The notes below the pieces were generated by a model. It was not told where the DNA came from, did not search any database, and saw only the letters and a program-made list of their open reading frames with translations. Source: Styela clava (lineage: Eukaryota). From it: a stretch of DNA of 64,000 bases. The stretch lies in NCBI RefSeq assembly GCF_964204865.1, contig NC_135256.1:4154001-4218000 (forward strand), given 5' to 3'. The position numbers were made by a program, and so were the translations under genes. Shown here piece after piece: positions 42,826 to 53,946 of the stretch. Positions within the stretch are counted from its first letter, which is position 1, and each line of letters opens with the position of its first letter.

Positions 42826-44741
42826 AATTATCCATCATCAATGCCAGGTGACTTATTATTTTCCATGGTTCTAATAATATTCCAAATTTCGTTTTCGGTA
42901 ATAGGGGATTTAAGATCTTCATTTTGATTCTCAGTTAATTTAGTTTTCGACATATTTTCCAGAAATTTCTGCTGGGCGTTGGGATTCCCAGTATATTTGG
43001 ATTGCCACAAAGTTTTCTGTTATTTCGAATATATTTTCTTTGTTTTTAGTTTTGTTTCTATCTTTATCAGTTCTATCTATCAGTTCATAAATTTTTGTGC
43101 TATCATCCCTCTTCTGCATATTTTCGAAGAAGCTTTTTGTAGGTGTTTCCCCTTCCTCCACATCTGCCGAAGCTGCTCTAATCGTGTTTTGTTTCAATTT
43201 GTCATCGATTAATTGCTTGAGCTTCGTTTTTAAAACTAATATTTTCGATTGGTTCTCGGGTTTCCCCTCTGCTATCAATAACTTTAAATTTTTATGTAGT
43301 TGGTCTTCCTTTATATGTTTTTCTTTGACCTTCAGTTTTGAGAATCCAATCGTTTGTTTCTTAAATTTTTCTTTGCACTCATCCCACCAACCCTGAATAT
43401 AGCTAAAATTTACCCTTTCTTCCAACAGATTATTATACGTTTTGTAATTATTTCGTGGTAATGTTCGTTTTCCAAGTGAAGAACTTCCCCATCTTGTTTT
43501 TGGGGTGTTTTAAGTATAAGAATAGAAATTAGATCATGGTCCGAGCGGGTATTGATATTATGTTTTATATTATGAATGAGAGGGTCCAAATTATTCTGCT
43601 GATAAATTTTATCGATTCGGCGACTTTGATTTCCGGTAGTGCACATACTATTTTATTTGGTTTTTTATATCTATAGGTATCAAGTATATTGCTGTCTGAG
43701 ATCGTCTTTCTGAACAGTTTCTTGGCATGGGTGAGTTTAAAGTTGTTTTTGTTTAGTACATCTCTTTCGTCCAGGACTAAATTAAAATCTCCTAAGACAA
43801 TCAATTTATGTTTGACACTATTTATTGTTATGTCATCGAGTTTACCATAAAATTCAGTTTGGCTCGTTCCCCGTTCCGAGGGCGCATATACATTTAAGAT
43901 CATAATATCTCATTTATCATGGTGCAAAATTAAACTATCCATCCCATGTTCCATAAATTTAGTATACTTCGAAACTCTTATGTCATCTCTCTTTTTTATC
44001 ATAATACCAGTTCCCTGCTTCATGTACTTTATGGCTGAGTCAACTGCACTTGTGTTGCAAAATATATTGTATCCGATCTTATCCACTCATCTTTGTATTT
44101 GTTCTTCATCAATTTTATGCAGTTCTTGTGAGCATAAAATATCAGGGCTATATTTGGTTAACTAATTAGATAAACTATTCATCTTTTTTTCAAGACCATT
44201 TATGTTTATGGTTGTTATTTTTATTTTACTCATTGTATTGAATCGAAATTAAAAATGGGCGGGTCTCGAATTGTCGGTCTCAGATATGATTTTTTTAATA
44301 AGGTTTCGTTTTTTTTTAAATCTTGAGTTCTAATCGTTTCCACGAGCATTGGGTGTTTTTACAATGCTGTATCGTGGGCGAGGGTTGGAATCTTGTTTTG
44401 TTTTCTTTGATGTTCTAACTTGAGAATTATCTTTCATGGATAAATTGTCTGGGCTAGTTCGGGTTCTTTTTTGTCGAGATGGTGATTCGACAAAGCTTAT
44501 ATTATGAGCCCTAGGAAGCGGTAATGATTGAAAAGCCGTTTTCAGATTTCTCGCGTTGGCGAGCGAATGATTGCGGTTTTCCTCCGAGTCGATCCTTATG
44601 CTCTGGGGCTAAATAGATTTTTCAATGAGTCTTTATCAAATAGGGCGGGGACTTCTTCTTCCTCTTTTGCATCAGTTTTGCTTAGAGGTGATTGTTCGAT
44701 TTCTTCCGACCGTTGAGTCTGAGGGACTGGTTGTTCTAGAG

Positions 44742-45885
44742 CAGCGTTTCCCAACCTTTTTTTGTCGCGGACTATTTTCTCACCGGCGAAAACCTTTGCG
44801 GACGACAAGATGGAAGCATTACTTCTTTGGAATGCCACGGCAATCTGCGAACATAATAATGGGAGAATATATTGCACGATTATATTTAGTTTTGATAGAT
44901 ATTTTTTGCGATCTTGCGAATTTGTAATCGCCGTTAGAAAAATCCTACTATCTTCTATAAATTTCCAAAAAGTACAACTTGATTTAGTACTTATTAAAAA
45001 TATATTTAAACTATATTAGTAAATCAAAAATACATATTCATCGCCTTGTTTTATTATTAATTTAATTGTGATCATTTTAATCTGCGGTTGTGTCGTCGAA
45101 ATAAAAGCAATACTACTGAGAAAATATCATGACAATCCGTGGACACAAAAATGCGTGGTAAAGTGCCCGATTATATTATGTTTTGATTCGTATTTTTGTG
45201 AATTCGACAAATCTGAGCTGTTTGTACAACACCTACGGCAGTACTATAGGTACCAATGTGGAGGCAGTAAAGCAAAGAATCCTAAGGGAAAATGTTCTGG
45301 CACGTATATTACGGTAGCACCCAAAATTTTTCGATTTGCAATGTCTAAAAAAGCGTTTTTAATCGGTCGCTGACCATCATAAAACAAAACTTGGTGTTCT
45401 CCGTTTTATTTTTAGTATTTTGTATTGCCGCTTCTCAATTTAGAAAATTCGGGTTGCCACCATTGACACCTACCAGAAAAAAAAAATTATCCCTCGTTGA
45501 TCGAACTCGCGAGAAACACCACGCAGGTATCTATCGACGCGTGTGCAGACTCGTGTGTTTTAGTCGAAAATCTGCAAGTGAGTTGTGAAATCCAATCGTT
45601 TGATCGAGCGACGCGCAAGTGACCTGTCGCGTCACTTGTTTCCAAATTTTGAATAGTAAATTGCTATTCTAATGATTGACTATTCGAATATATGACTCGA
45701 TTAATGTTATGTGAATAAACTTGCTTTTTATGTTTTATGTAAATTCTAACGTAAATCGTAACTTGGCTGATGGTTAAGTTTTGCAAAAACGTTTGCGGCC
45801 CGCAGTGAATTTATGGCTCGTTGCGGACTCATTCAAACGCTCCGTGGACTCATTTGAGACCGCGGACTCGGGTTGGGAAACACTG
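44742..45885. mobile_element. Non-autonomous hAT element
   Basis: TIRs CAGCGTTTCCCAACC / GGTTGGGAAACACTG; degenerate TSD TTCTAGAG / TCATAGAG. Confidence 0.85.
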
Positions 45886-46159
45886 TCATAGAGGGATTTC
45901 TGGTGTTTGTGGAACTATTTCGGTTTCCTGATTTTTTTCCAATGGGACAATTTGTACAGTAGGCGATATTACTTGAGAAATTCAAACGGGTTCATTGAAG
46001 GTACTGGTTCCGCGGTTTTGATTTCTTCAGTCTCGGGATCTTCCCTGTGGATTTCGGCCTGTGTGACTACTTTTTTCAAATGCGGTGCTTTTACTGAACT
46101 AAAACCTTTTAGTATAGTACGTATGGAGTTTCCGGCTTTCCTGAGTTTAGTTTGGCATT

Positions 46160-46882
46160 TCAATCGAAGCTGGCTGTGCGACATTTTCTTTTTCTTCCTG
46201 TATTGTTTTTTTTCGGGGACTTTCCTACGGGACAATTTCTTTTCATGTTCCCTTCATTTTGGCACTTACGGCATCGTGTTTCATTTTCACAGTTGCTCTG
46301 CGTATGCCCATTCTCTAAACATTTGGTGCAAGAAGAAACGTAAAGTTCCCTCGGGACGATGGTTCTACATCTTATTCCGTCAATTGACATGAATGTCGGG
46401 AGCTTTTCGATGTCGAGTTCTTTTATTTGGAACGTGGTGTGACCGTTATATATTTTTGTTCCTTTGTGAAAAACCCTCGTTGCTGAGACAATTTTGCCAA
46501 CTCCCTTATTGCTCATGGTTTCGATCGCCTTTGCACGAGATGTTTCGTCCGCAATTCCCCTTATTGATACCCGGATAGGTGGTGGTGAGGGGAATGAGAA
46601 CTTCAATGACAGATCTAGGGTGTTCACTTCACCCTTGGTTGAATTCATCAGTTCGGTTCTACAACTCTCTTGGCTATCTTCCAGAGGATGAAATGACAAA
46701 ACCCACTTGTTCTTCGCTATTTCCCAAAGACCGGTGTAAACTCCTAGTTGTGGGGATTCTTTAAATGCAGTGTAGAGCTCCGGGAATTCTACTTCTTTTG
46801 ATGTTTCCACACACAGAGTTCTTCGTCTGGTCATTGTCGATTCTTCATCTCCAGTTCTTGCTGCAGCAGCTGCGTAGGACAT
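46160..46882 (-). pseudogene. Family B ORF1 (gag-like, zinc knuckles), N-terminal part
   Basis: 240-aa ORF with CTKCLENGHTQSNC and CRKCQNEGNMKRNC; continues by frameshift into 45969-46235. Confidence 0.85.
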
Positions 46883-46914
46883 CTTGAATATCCGAGAGGT
46901 ATGATGGTAAATCC

Positions 46915-49015
46915 CAGTGGCGGCGCGTGGTCATTTTGACAACCGGGGCAAGCTACTGCGGGACCAAGTCACCCCCATCTACGGGGACAGGATGAGCGCT
47001 GTAAGTTCTCCCATCATTTTATGAGTATAAAAACCATTCCATCGGTAACAACCAATCGGCAAAAGCGACAATTTTTAACGACAAGAAAGTGTCTTTAAAA
47101 CCGGTCCAAGTCAAGGGATTGATAAATATAGACATAGTTTATTTTGAAACCTCTTTCAAAAGGAAAGGCAATATTTACCCAGATAAATACAATGACATAT
47201 TAACAGAAACTTCGGGAAAGCAGACAAAACCTAAAATAAGGTTTAAAACGTTACTATGAAGAAAGGAAAGCTAATGCAAAGATAAGGACATGCGTCGCTC
47301 ACTCATAGATATATATGCTGCTAGACTTCTACTGCTTGAACATATATGCATCACGCCGCGGTTTCTTGGAAGCAAAGTGCTCAATAACGCGCTGATTGAA
47401 GTCATGCATCCCAGAAATAACGTCTCTGTGAATGGATAAAACAGCCAAGGAATTTAATCTATTTTGCTTCATTATGTTTCTGAGATACGTTTTAATACGC
47501 TTCAGCGTGCTGAATGTTCGCTCTGCGTCGGCGGAAGAAATAGGCGTCGTCAAAATGATGTCCAGAAATTTTGCAGACGCCGCAAAGGTAGTTACTAGAG
47601 TGTTATCTATGAGGAACCCATAGAGCGCGCAAGTTGATGTGATGTTCAAAAAAGTTTGATTGGTGTATATACATCGCAATTCATTTTCCAATTTACCCAC
47701 GTTTATCATGGGGTAAAATTTGGAGACAGTAGCCAACAAATGGATGGGAAATTGACGTGCAAATTTTGAAAAAATTTTGGGCTTCATCAAAGAGAACGCG
47801 GCAAGGTGTTCAGTGCGCAGACGATCGCCTATTTGATTCACCAGAATGTCACAGCATTCCTTTGCAGACAAAATCAAACGCTGCGTTGTTTGCCCGCGGC
47901 GTAAAGAAGCACTCCATGTGTCGTCGTATTTTATTGTTTCCCGGATACGAGATACAGCATCGCAGAAGTCTGAAATACACGACTGCACAGACGCTCCATC
48001 CATTAGCCTTGACTGCAATGCGCCGTATAATACATCCACGTGATAGAATATTGTGGAGAAAAAAGCGAGAAAAAATGAAAACTCACCATCTTCTAGCAGA
48101 CGCTTTAGACCTGCCGCCTCCCTCACAGAGCGTTCGTCCGAAACCGGAGAGCTCTGAATGCCATTGAAACACTCAATGAGCTCAGACCTAATTTCGGACA
48201 CGCCCTGCACCACGCGTGATTGGAAGTTCCAACGTGTTGGTGCACAAGCTGGGAGACGGCGGCTACATATCTGGCAAGTGCATTTTTGTCCTCGCTGTAA
48301 CACAACCATTCGTGTTTTTTATACCAAGTTTCTGCGCAGAATGTACGCCGACGCTTTCCTCCGTCATGGGGTTGTTCCAGTGAACAATTTTTTGGTTGAT
48401 AAGGCCCAAGACGTTGTACCTCTAATTATTGTTCCAGCGGCAGCTGCGAAAACGGAGTGCGAAGTAGTGCATCAACCTTATTCATTATGAGGTCTAAGGC
48501 TAAGAAATGCGAAGCCAGAAAGAAGTGAGGAGCGCAAAAGGAATGTGGAAAATCGAAAGCAAATGGACTAAAGGTCTCTAACTGATTCAAATAGCGAAAT
48601 AAGCGACAAAAACGAAGGCGAGGAAACTATCAACTCTTCAAGCAACCAACGAACGAGAAGGAATGCGTGAATATGTCAACACGTTGTTGTAAGAAACGTC
48701 GACATTGTGTCGTCATAATTTCGGGGCTAGCCCCGATGATTTAGTAAAAGAAACAGAAAACAAACGAGATAAACGCGGCGAGTGGAAGATAAAAGAGAGA
48801 ATACGTTATACAATGAGCAACCGGGGCAAAATCGGCGTCGCCCCGTCGACGTTCGGCGAAGGCTTTGCGAGCGAAAAATGAACCATCTCGGGAGAATATG
48901 GCTAGTGTAGACAGTCTGTGCAACCGATATTGAGGTATTTTTCGAATATTTTTTATTATACCGAAAAAACAACCGGGGCATTGCCCCGGTTGGCCTTATT
49001 GACGCGCCGCCACTG
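46915..49015 (-). mobile_element. hAT transposon, internally deleted
   Basis: Perfect 14-bp TIR CAGTGGCGGCGCGT; perfect 8-bp TSD GTAAATCC (46907-46914, 49016-49023). Confidence 0.95.
47329..48309 (-). pseudogene. hAT transposase C-terminal half (ZMYM1-like, dimerisation domain)
   Basis: TRW motif and TPISSADAERTFSTLKRIKTYLRNIMKQNRLNSLAVLSIH; element too short to hold the N-terminal catalytic region. Confidence 0.88.
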
Positions 49016-49194
49016 GTAAATCCCTTTTGCTCGTATATCCAATTGAGTAAGTCCAGTTAATTGCAAGCAGTATATAATCCAGTAGGTGACTCGATGCTTA
49101 AGAACAGTTCAATCAATTTTCGTCTTAAAACAGTTACGAAATCTTCGGCCGAAGGCTTAGTGCTCGGGTCTTAACAAGAACGTCGCTACTTACC

Positions 49195-50305
49195 AAATTA
49201 TACTATCCATTCTATGTTCTATAAACTTGGTATACTTCGAGACTCTTAGTTCGTCTTTAATTTTTATCATAATCCCTGTGCCTTGTTTCATATATTTGAT
49301 TGCTGTGTCATCAGCACTCGTGTTACAGAAAATTTGATAACCTATATTTTCGGCCCACTTGTTTATTTGTTCCCCATTTACTTTATGGACTTCTTGTAAA
49401 CATACAATATCAGGGTTTGAGTGATTTATCCAATTAGAGAGACTTTTTAACTTTCTACCTAGGCCATTTATATTGATAGTCGTGACTCGTGATTTTAGTT
49501 TTATCCATTTGTGTAGGTCAAAGTTTAGTTCCAAGCATGAGGTCGAAATGTCAATCAAAAATTTTTTCCCCCTTTATTTGTGCAATTTTTCAGTTTGATC
49601 AAATCTTAACTTTTTTCAAGTCTTTCCAGGGAGGTTGGCTGTTTTTACTATGCTATATCTTGGCAGTGCACTGGTATCCTGTTTAGTTTTCTTTAAAGTC
49701 CTAATTTGTGTATTGTCCTTTAAAGTTCGGTTATCGGGGCTCGTTTTGGGTCTTTTTTGTCAAGATGGTGATTCAACCACGGTAGTATTTCCTTCTTTCG
49801 GGCGCGGTGATGAAATGAAGGCCGTGTTTGGACTTTCTCGCGATGGTGAGCGAGCGATAAAACCTTTTCTTCGTGTCGCTCTTTGTTCTCTCGGACTAAA
49901 TAGTTTCTCCAATGGACCAAAAATAGATTGGGCGGGTTCTTCTGTAGTTGTAGAAACATTTTCGTTTTCAGGTATCTGCTCAACTTCATCCGACCACTGA
50001 GTTGGCGGAATTGGTTGCCCCAACTGGATTTCTTGGGTTGTGACTGATCTACTGGGACTAATTGGACAATCGGTGATATGACTTGTGAGATTTCGAATGG
50101 GACCATTCCGGGCTCTGGGTCTGTGGTTTTGTTTTCTTTATTTTCAGGACCTTCTTGATGGATTTCGGCTTCCGTGACAACTTGTTTGACATGAGGTGCT
50201 TTTACCGAGTTGAAACCCTTTGGTAAGAAAGTGCTGGGATTTTCCTGTGGCATTGATTGTACCACGTGTTCATTTTTTCCTTGTTCCGGGCTCTTTGAAG
50301 CAAGG
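49195..50305 (-). mobile_element. Tx1 family B fragment (ORF1 C-half and EN N-terminus)
   Basis: VTTININGL...IVCLQEVH (49190-49558); ORF1 49720-50265. Confidence 0.85.
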
Positions 50306-50306
50306 T

Positions 50307-52382
50307 AGTCTGTATACGACCTCTAACAGACGGGACGTATGCATTGAGAATGCAAAAATTATTTAACATAAGTTGTATCGGTACATGGAATATTATTTTT
50401 AATAAGGATCCCAGTACCAGATTTAAAATATTTTGTTGAGGTTTCTTCATGGCTGATGGTATTCAGATGTGCGGTGTAACCCAGATCAGTTGCCCAAGAT
50501 TGGATGATTTCCTCCTTGAAACGATGTATTTGCTGCAAGGAGATTATATGTGGTCTGTGTCTCTGTAAAAAAAGACTCAGCTTAGGCATGTTTGTGGTAA
50601 GACCATTAACATTCATGGTAACAATACTTAGCGAGTCCATTGATATGGAGCGATTTGGAAAAATATATTAGTGCAGTATACATTACTATTAAACAAGTTG
50701 CTGAGGGATGATTCTCAGCTACTATTAATATATTACAAGTTATTATATAGTCAGTACTACCACAAATGGCTGTCCACAAAAAAGAGAATTGGAGGAATCT
50801 ACAGAATTGGACCAATATTTTAACCGAAAAGACTCATGACCTTCATCCGAACTCTCAGAGAGTTTGACCAGATTTAAAGGACCATTCCCCGAAGAGTTCT
50901 CCTCCTCGATGTTAATATTTAAACTTTCTACAACAGACTTTTTCGGGTCTCCAACCGATTGCACACTGTTTTTATTCTCCTCAACTAACTTCCCTATTAA
51001 ATTGGAGAAATTCGACTCAAGAGAGTCAGAATATTCCCTTAAGTCAGCAGGGATAGGATGTAATTCCACCCTGACAAGGCTAGAAAATTCATCAGGTTTT
51101 TTAGGTGGGATTTTATTTACATTTTTCTTTTCCGACGGTCGCTCTGACGGCGGTGGGCTAGATGCAGTTTCGGAGAAACTATTACTACAGGCGTCAATAC
51201 GGGTACATCAGGAGAGGTTTCGCTACTTGATTTCCCAGTAGATGAGATAGCTGGGAAATCAGCACACTCTCTCTGAATGTGACCAGACTTCTTACATAAA
51301 CGACAAGAAGGTGGCAGGACGCAATCTCGGGCCAAATGCCCAGACTGAAAACAGTTAAGGCAAGATTTTGTGTACAGTTCTGTGAAAAGATACGTTTTAC
51401 AACGTATTCCACAAAGCTTAATGAAATCCGGGAATTTAGAAATTTCGAAATCATCAACGATTGCTTGCACATATCCATTGTACACCCTGGTGTTTTTTAG
51501 AAAAATCTTGAAGACACGCCTAACTGTCCCAAAATTTAGGGAATTGAGCATTGTTTTTAACTGCTCCAACGTGGCTTCGGTTGGTAACCTCGCACACTTA
51601 TACGTGTGCCAGGGCCACGAGGAAAACAGAACTTCAAATTACCCAAGGGAGTGTCCAAGGTTTCTCCGACACAATGTAAAAAATTATTGCAAGTACAGCC
51701 ACCATCCGTGGACCGGAAGGTGAGGTTCCACAGGCCCTGCCGGACCGGAAAAGCGCCTTCAACAAGGGATTTAAAGGGCTGCAACTTAACTGTGGAGAAG
51801 AGTTCGAAAAACGCCGCGACGGTCGGTATGCCTTGTGATGTTACAACATTAACCGACTCGCCGCGAGGGACATCCACCCACTTTGCACTAGCTACCCGAG
51901 GTAGCGACGCTGCTACGCTCGAAAAGAGCGGCATTGGCGTCACAGTGGAACCCCGGGTGGCCATAGTAAATAAATTCTGACTGCCAGGAACACTCTGAAC
52001 TGAATCAGTGCCGAGAGGCAAGTGCGTCCTGGCAGACAAAGATACCAAGAAAACAATTCAGCAACCAGATGATCCAACGAGGGGAGAATACCATAGAATA
52101 GAAAAATACTGTAAATATTATTATAACTACTATTAGACTATATTATAACTATTCTACTATTTAGGGTAGCACAGGATCCAAAGACAGACTGGATACAAGG
52201 TATGCAACTATTTATTTAAAATGAAAAGAAAGACAGAAGATCTACAACTGCAACGATCTACTAAAAAATGGAACACAACAGTAATGCCGGGGTGACCTCA
52301 AAGAAAATACTCAAGAGAGCGACGCCACTCCCAATACACCAAGAAATCGGAGCGGGCTGGTAATGCCACAATTTAGTTGTAC
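50307..52382 (-). mobile_element. Tx1 family A 5' part, directly fused to the SL exon
   Basis: Head 52285-52382; ORF1 pieces 51557-52048, 51117-51569 and 50743-51069; EN start MDSLSIVTMNVNGL (50640). Confidence 0.9.
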
Positions 52383-52398
52383 AACCAAATACTCCAAT
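52380..52398 (-). ncRNA. Spliced-leader exon copy with its 3' end deleted
   Basis: ATTGGAGTATTTGGTTGTA equals the first 19 nt of the Halocynthia/Botryllus SL as I recall it; TTAAGGTA lost between GTA repeats. Confidence 0.85.
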
Positions 52399-52502
52399 AC
52401 CTTTTTTCGGCTCTGCCCAGGGGCAACTGGCCCAGTCCAGGGTGGTCGAACCAGTGCGCCACCAAGAGGTAGCAAAGTTTTTATTATCGAAAAAGGACTA
52501 AA
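52399..52502 (-). promoter_or_regulatory. Conserved SL upstream region (TATA deleted in this copy)
   Basis: Near-identical to 63891-64000 except that TATATAA is missing. Confidence 0.7.
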
Positions 52503-53330
52503 ACACAAATTCTTGAGAACACAATATTTAAAAAAGGCATGATGACGGGCAACGCTGGTACATCTATGGCCAAGTGGTTCAGTGCCCAAAAATGGGGGTG
52601 GGGTGGACAGACCTCGAAAAAAAAATTCGAATTTTTTTTTTTTAAAAAGGTATACCACAGGGTGAGCCCCTATCGTCCTATAAAACTGCCCTAAAATTCA
52701 CATAGGTCCAGCTACTATTTTCATAAATAAGTACATTCATCAAAAAAAAAACACTGACGAAGGGCTTGAAAATACATGAGCAATCGGGACACAGCATTTG
52801 TGTTACATGTTTATTATCTTCATGGAATCTACGGTTTCGCGTCCACAGGCCTGCTACTTTCCATCTCGTAAGTTTTATCTTCACATATCAATGATGAGCT
52901 TCAACGAATTTATTCGCTGTATCAGCAGCATATCTTGCCGCAACAGCATGCAAATTTCTTAACAACAAACTTCTTTGCTGTATCAGCAACGTATTTGGCC
53001 TAATGCTCTCGGCCATAGAATATTTTAGCTCAAATTCCAAAAGATTATTTTTGTGGCATTGTTATGACGTCACAGACGCTTCACATCGCGTCCAATTTAG
53101 TTGTTTGTTGAATCAGATTCGTAGCCCACTCGCGTTTTGGCAGGATTGCAGGGCAAACAGGCGCAGAGCCGGCTAAGAACACCTCGCAGTGCGATATTTC
53201 AGAAAAGCATGAGGGCAGGCGGTGGTCCATCTATCATGACCATGCGGGCGGGACGTGTCAAATGCCCGAAATTGGGGGAGGAGGAGTGGACAGACAGACT
53301 TGAAAATTTTTTTGTTTTGTTAATTGACAT
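52503..53330. other. Putative intergenic spacer of the SL RNA tandem repeat
   Basis: Unique, non-Tx1, non-coding ~830 bp between the putative SL intron half and the next SL promoter/exon. Confidence 0.55.
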
Positions 53331-53401
53331 ATGGCAGGGCGAGTCCCAACCACCCCACTATTGTCCTAGCCATAAATTTGAGCCACGGCTCAGAAGCTTA
53401 C
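53331..53401 (-). ncRNA. Putative SL RNA intron half, displaced from its exon
   Basis: GTAAG donor; TGAGC-CGTG-GCTCA hairpin; Sm-like AAATTTATGG; GTGGGGTG/CGCCCTGC hairpin; begins exactly after poly(A). Confidence 0.7.
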
Positions 53402-53946
53402 TTTTTTTTTTTTATAAAGTAGGCCTCAACCCCCCGATACTTACCTTGTTTTTAATACTCACTTGTTGCGGGGAGGCTGGTAGATGTTCTTCTCTTTAAG
53501 TACCTATAAGAGAGGTAAAATAAAAACACCGAAAGAAAACAGAAGTCTAGATTTGACGAACACTTCCGTGACAGGAGAGAGTTAGGAGAAATGCACCTCG
53601 ATGCACACTCATATCAACTCTCCCTGTCACGTGATGTCCGTCTCATCTAAAAAAAAAGAAATTAAACAGTAAGAGGTATAGCAGAGAATGAGAGAGAAAG
53701 AAGTTATAGAGAAATAATAATAATAAGACCTTCACCAAAAAATATAGGAGAGCCATTATTCTGGTGTATAGGGCGTTTGTGAAGTCATTTGTCCTATTAT
53801 ATTATTCTACTATAAGTTATTAGAATTATTTTAGATAGCCAGATTTAATACCTATGATAGAAATATAAATAACAGACTTGGGGAGAATAGAAGTTTTTAT
53901 AACGGTTTTTATAACAATATTTGAAACGTGAGCAGCTTTTAATATA

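Larger units (their letters stand above)
42828..49190 (-). mobile_element. Tx1-clade family B element (5' UTR, ORF1, EN, start of RT), 3'-truncated, carrying two hAT insertions
   Basis: ORF1 MSYAAAAART; EN NVYAP/GDFN/SRRIDKIY/SDH (43410-44232); NKSPGIDDG at ~42830. Confidence 0.88.

Noticed and set aside
52503-53330. 5S rRNA or tRNA gene linked to the SL repeat
   Set aside because: No 5S or tRNA consensus is recognisable by eye; an Infernal scan would be decisive.
53437-53446. ATACTTACC as a U1 snRNA gene start
   Set aside because: Only 9-10 nt match and no U1 body follows; better read as a minus-strand splice-donor motif in the element tail.
53554-53643. 3' hairpin as a SECIS element or hammerhead ribozyme
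   Set aside because: Lacks the AUGA/GA quartet geometry and the CUGAUGA/GAAA core.
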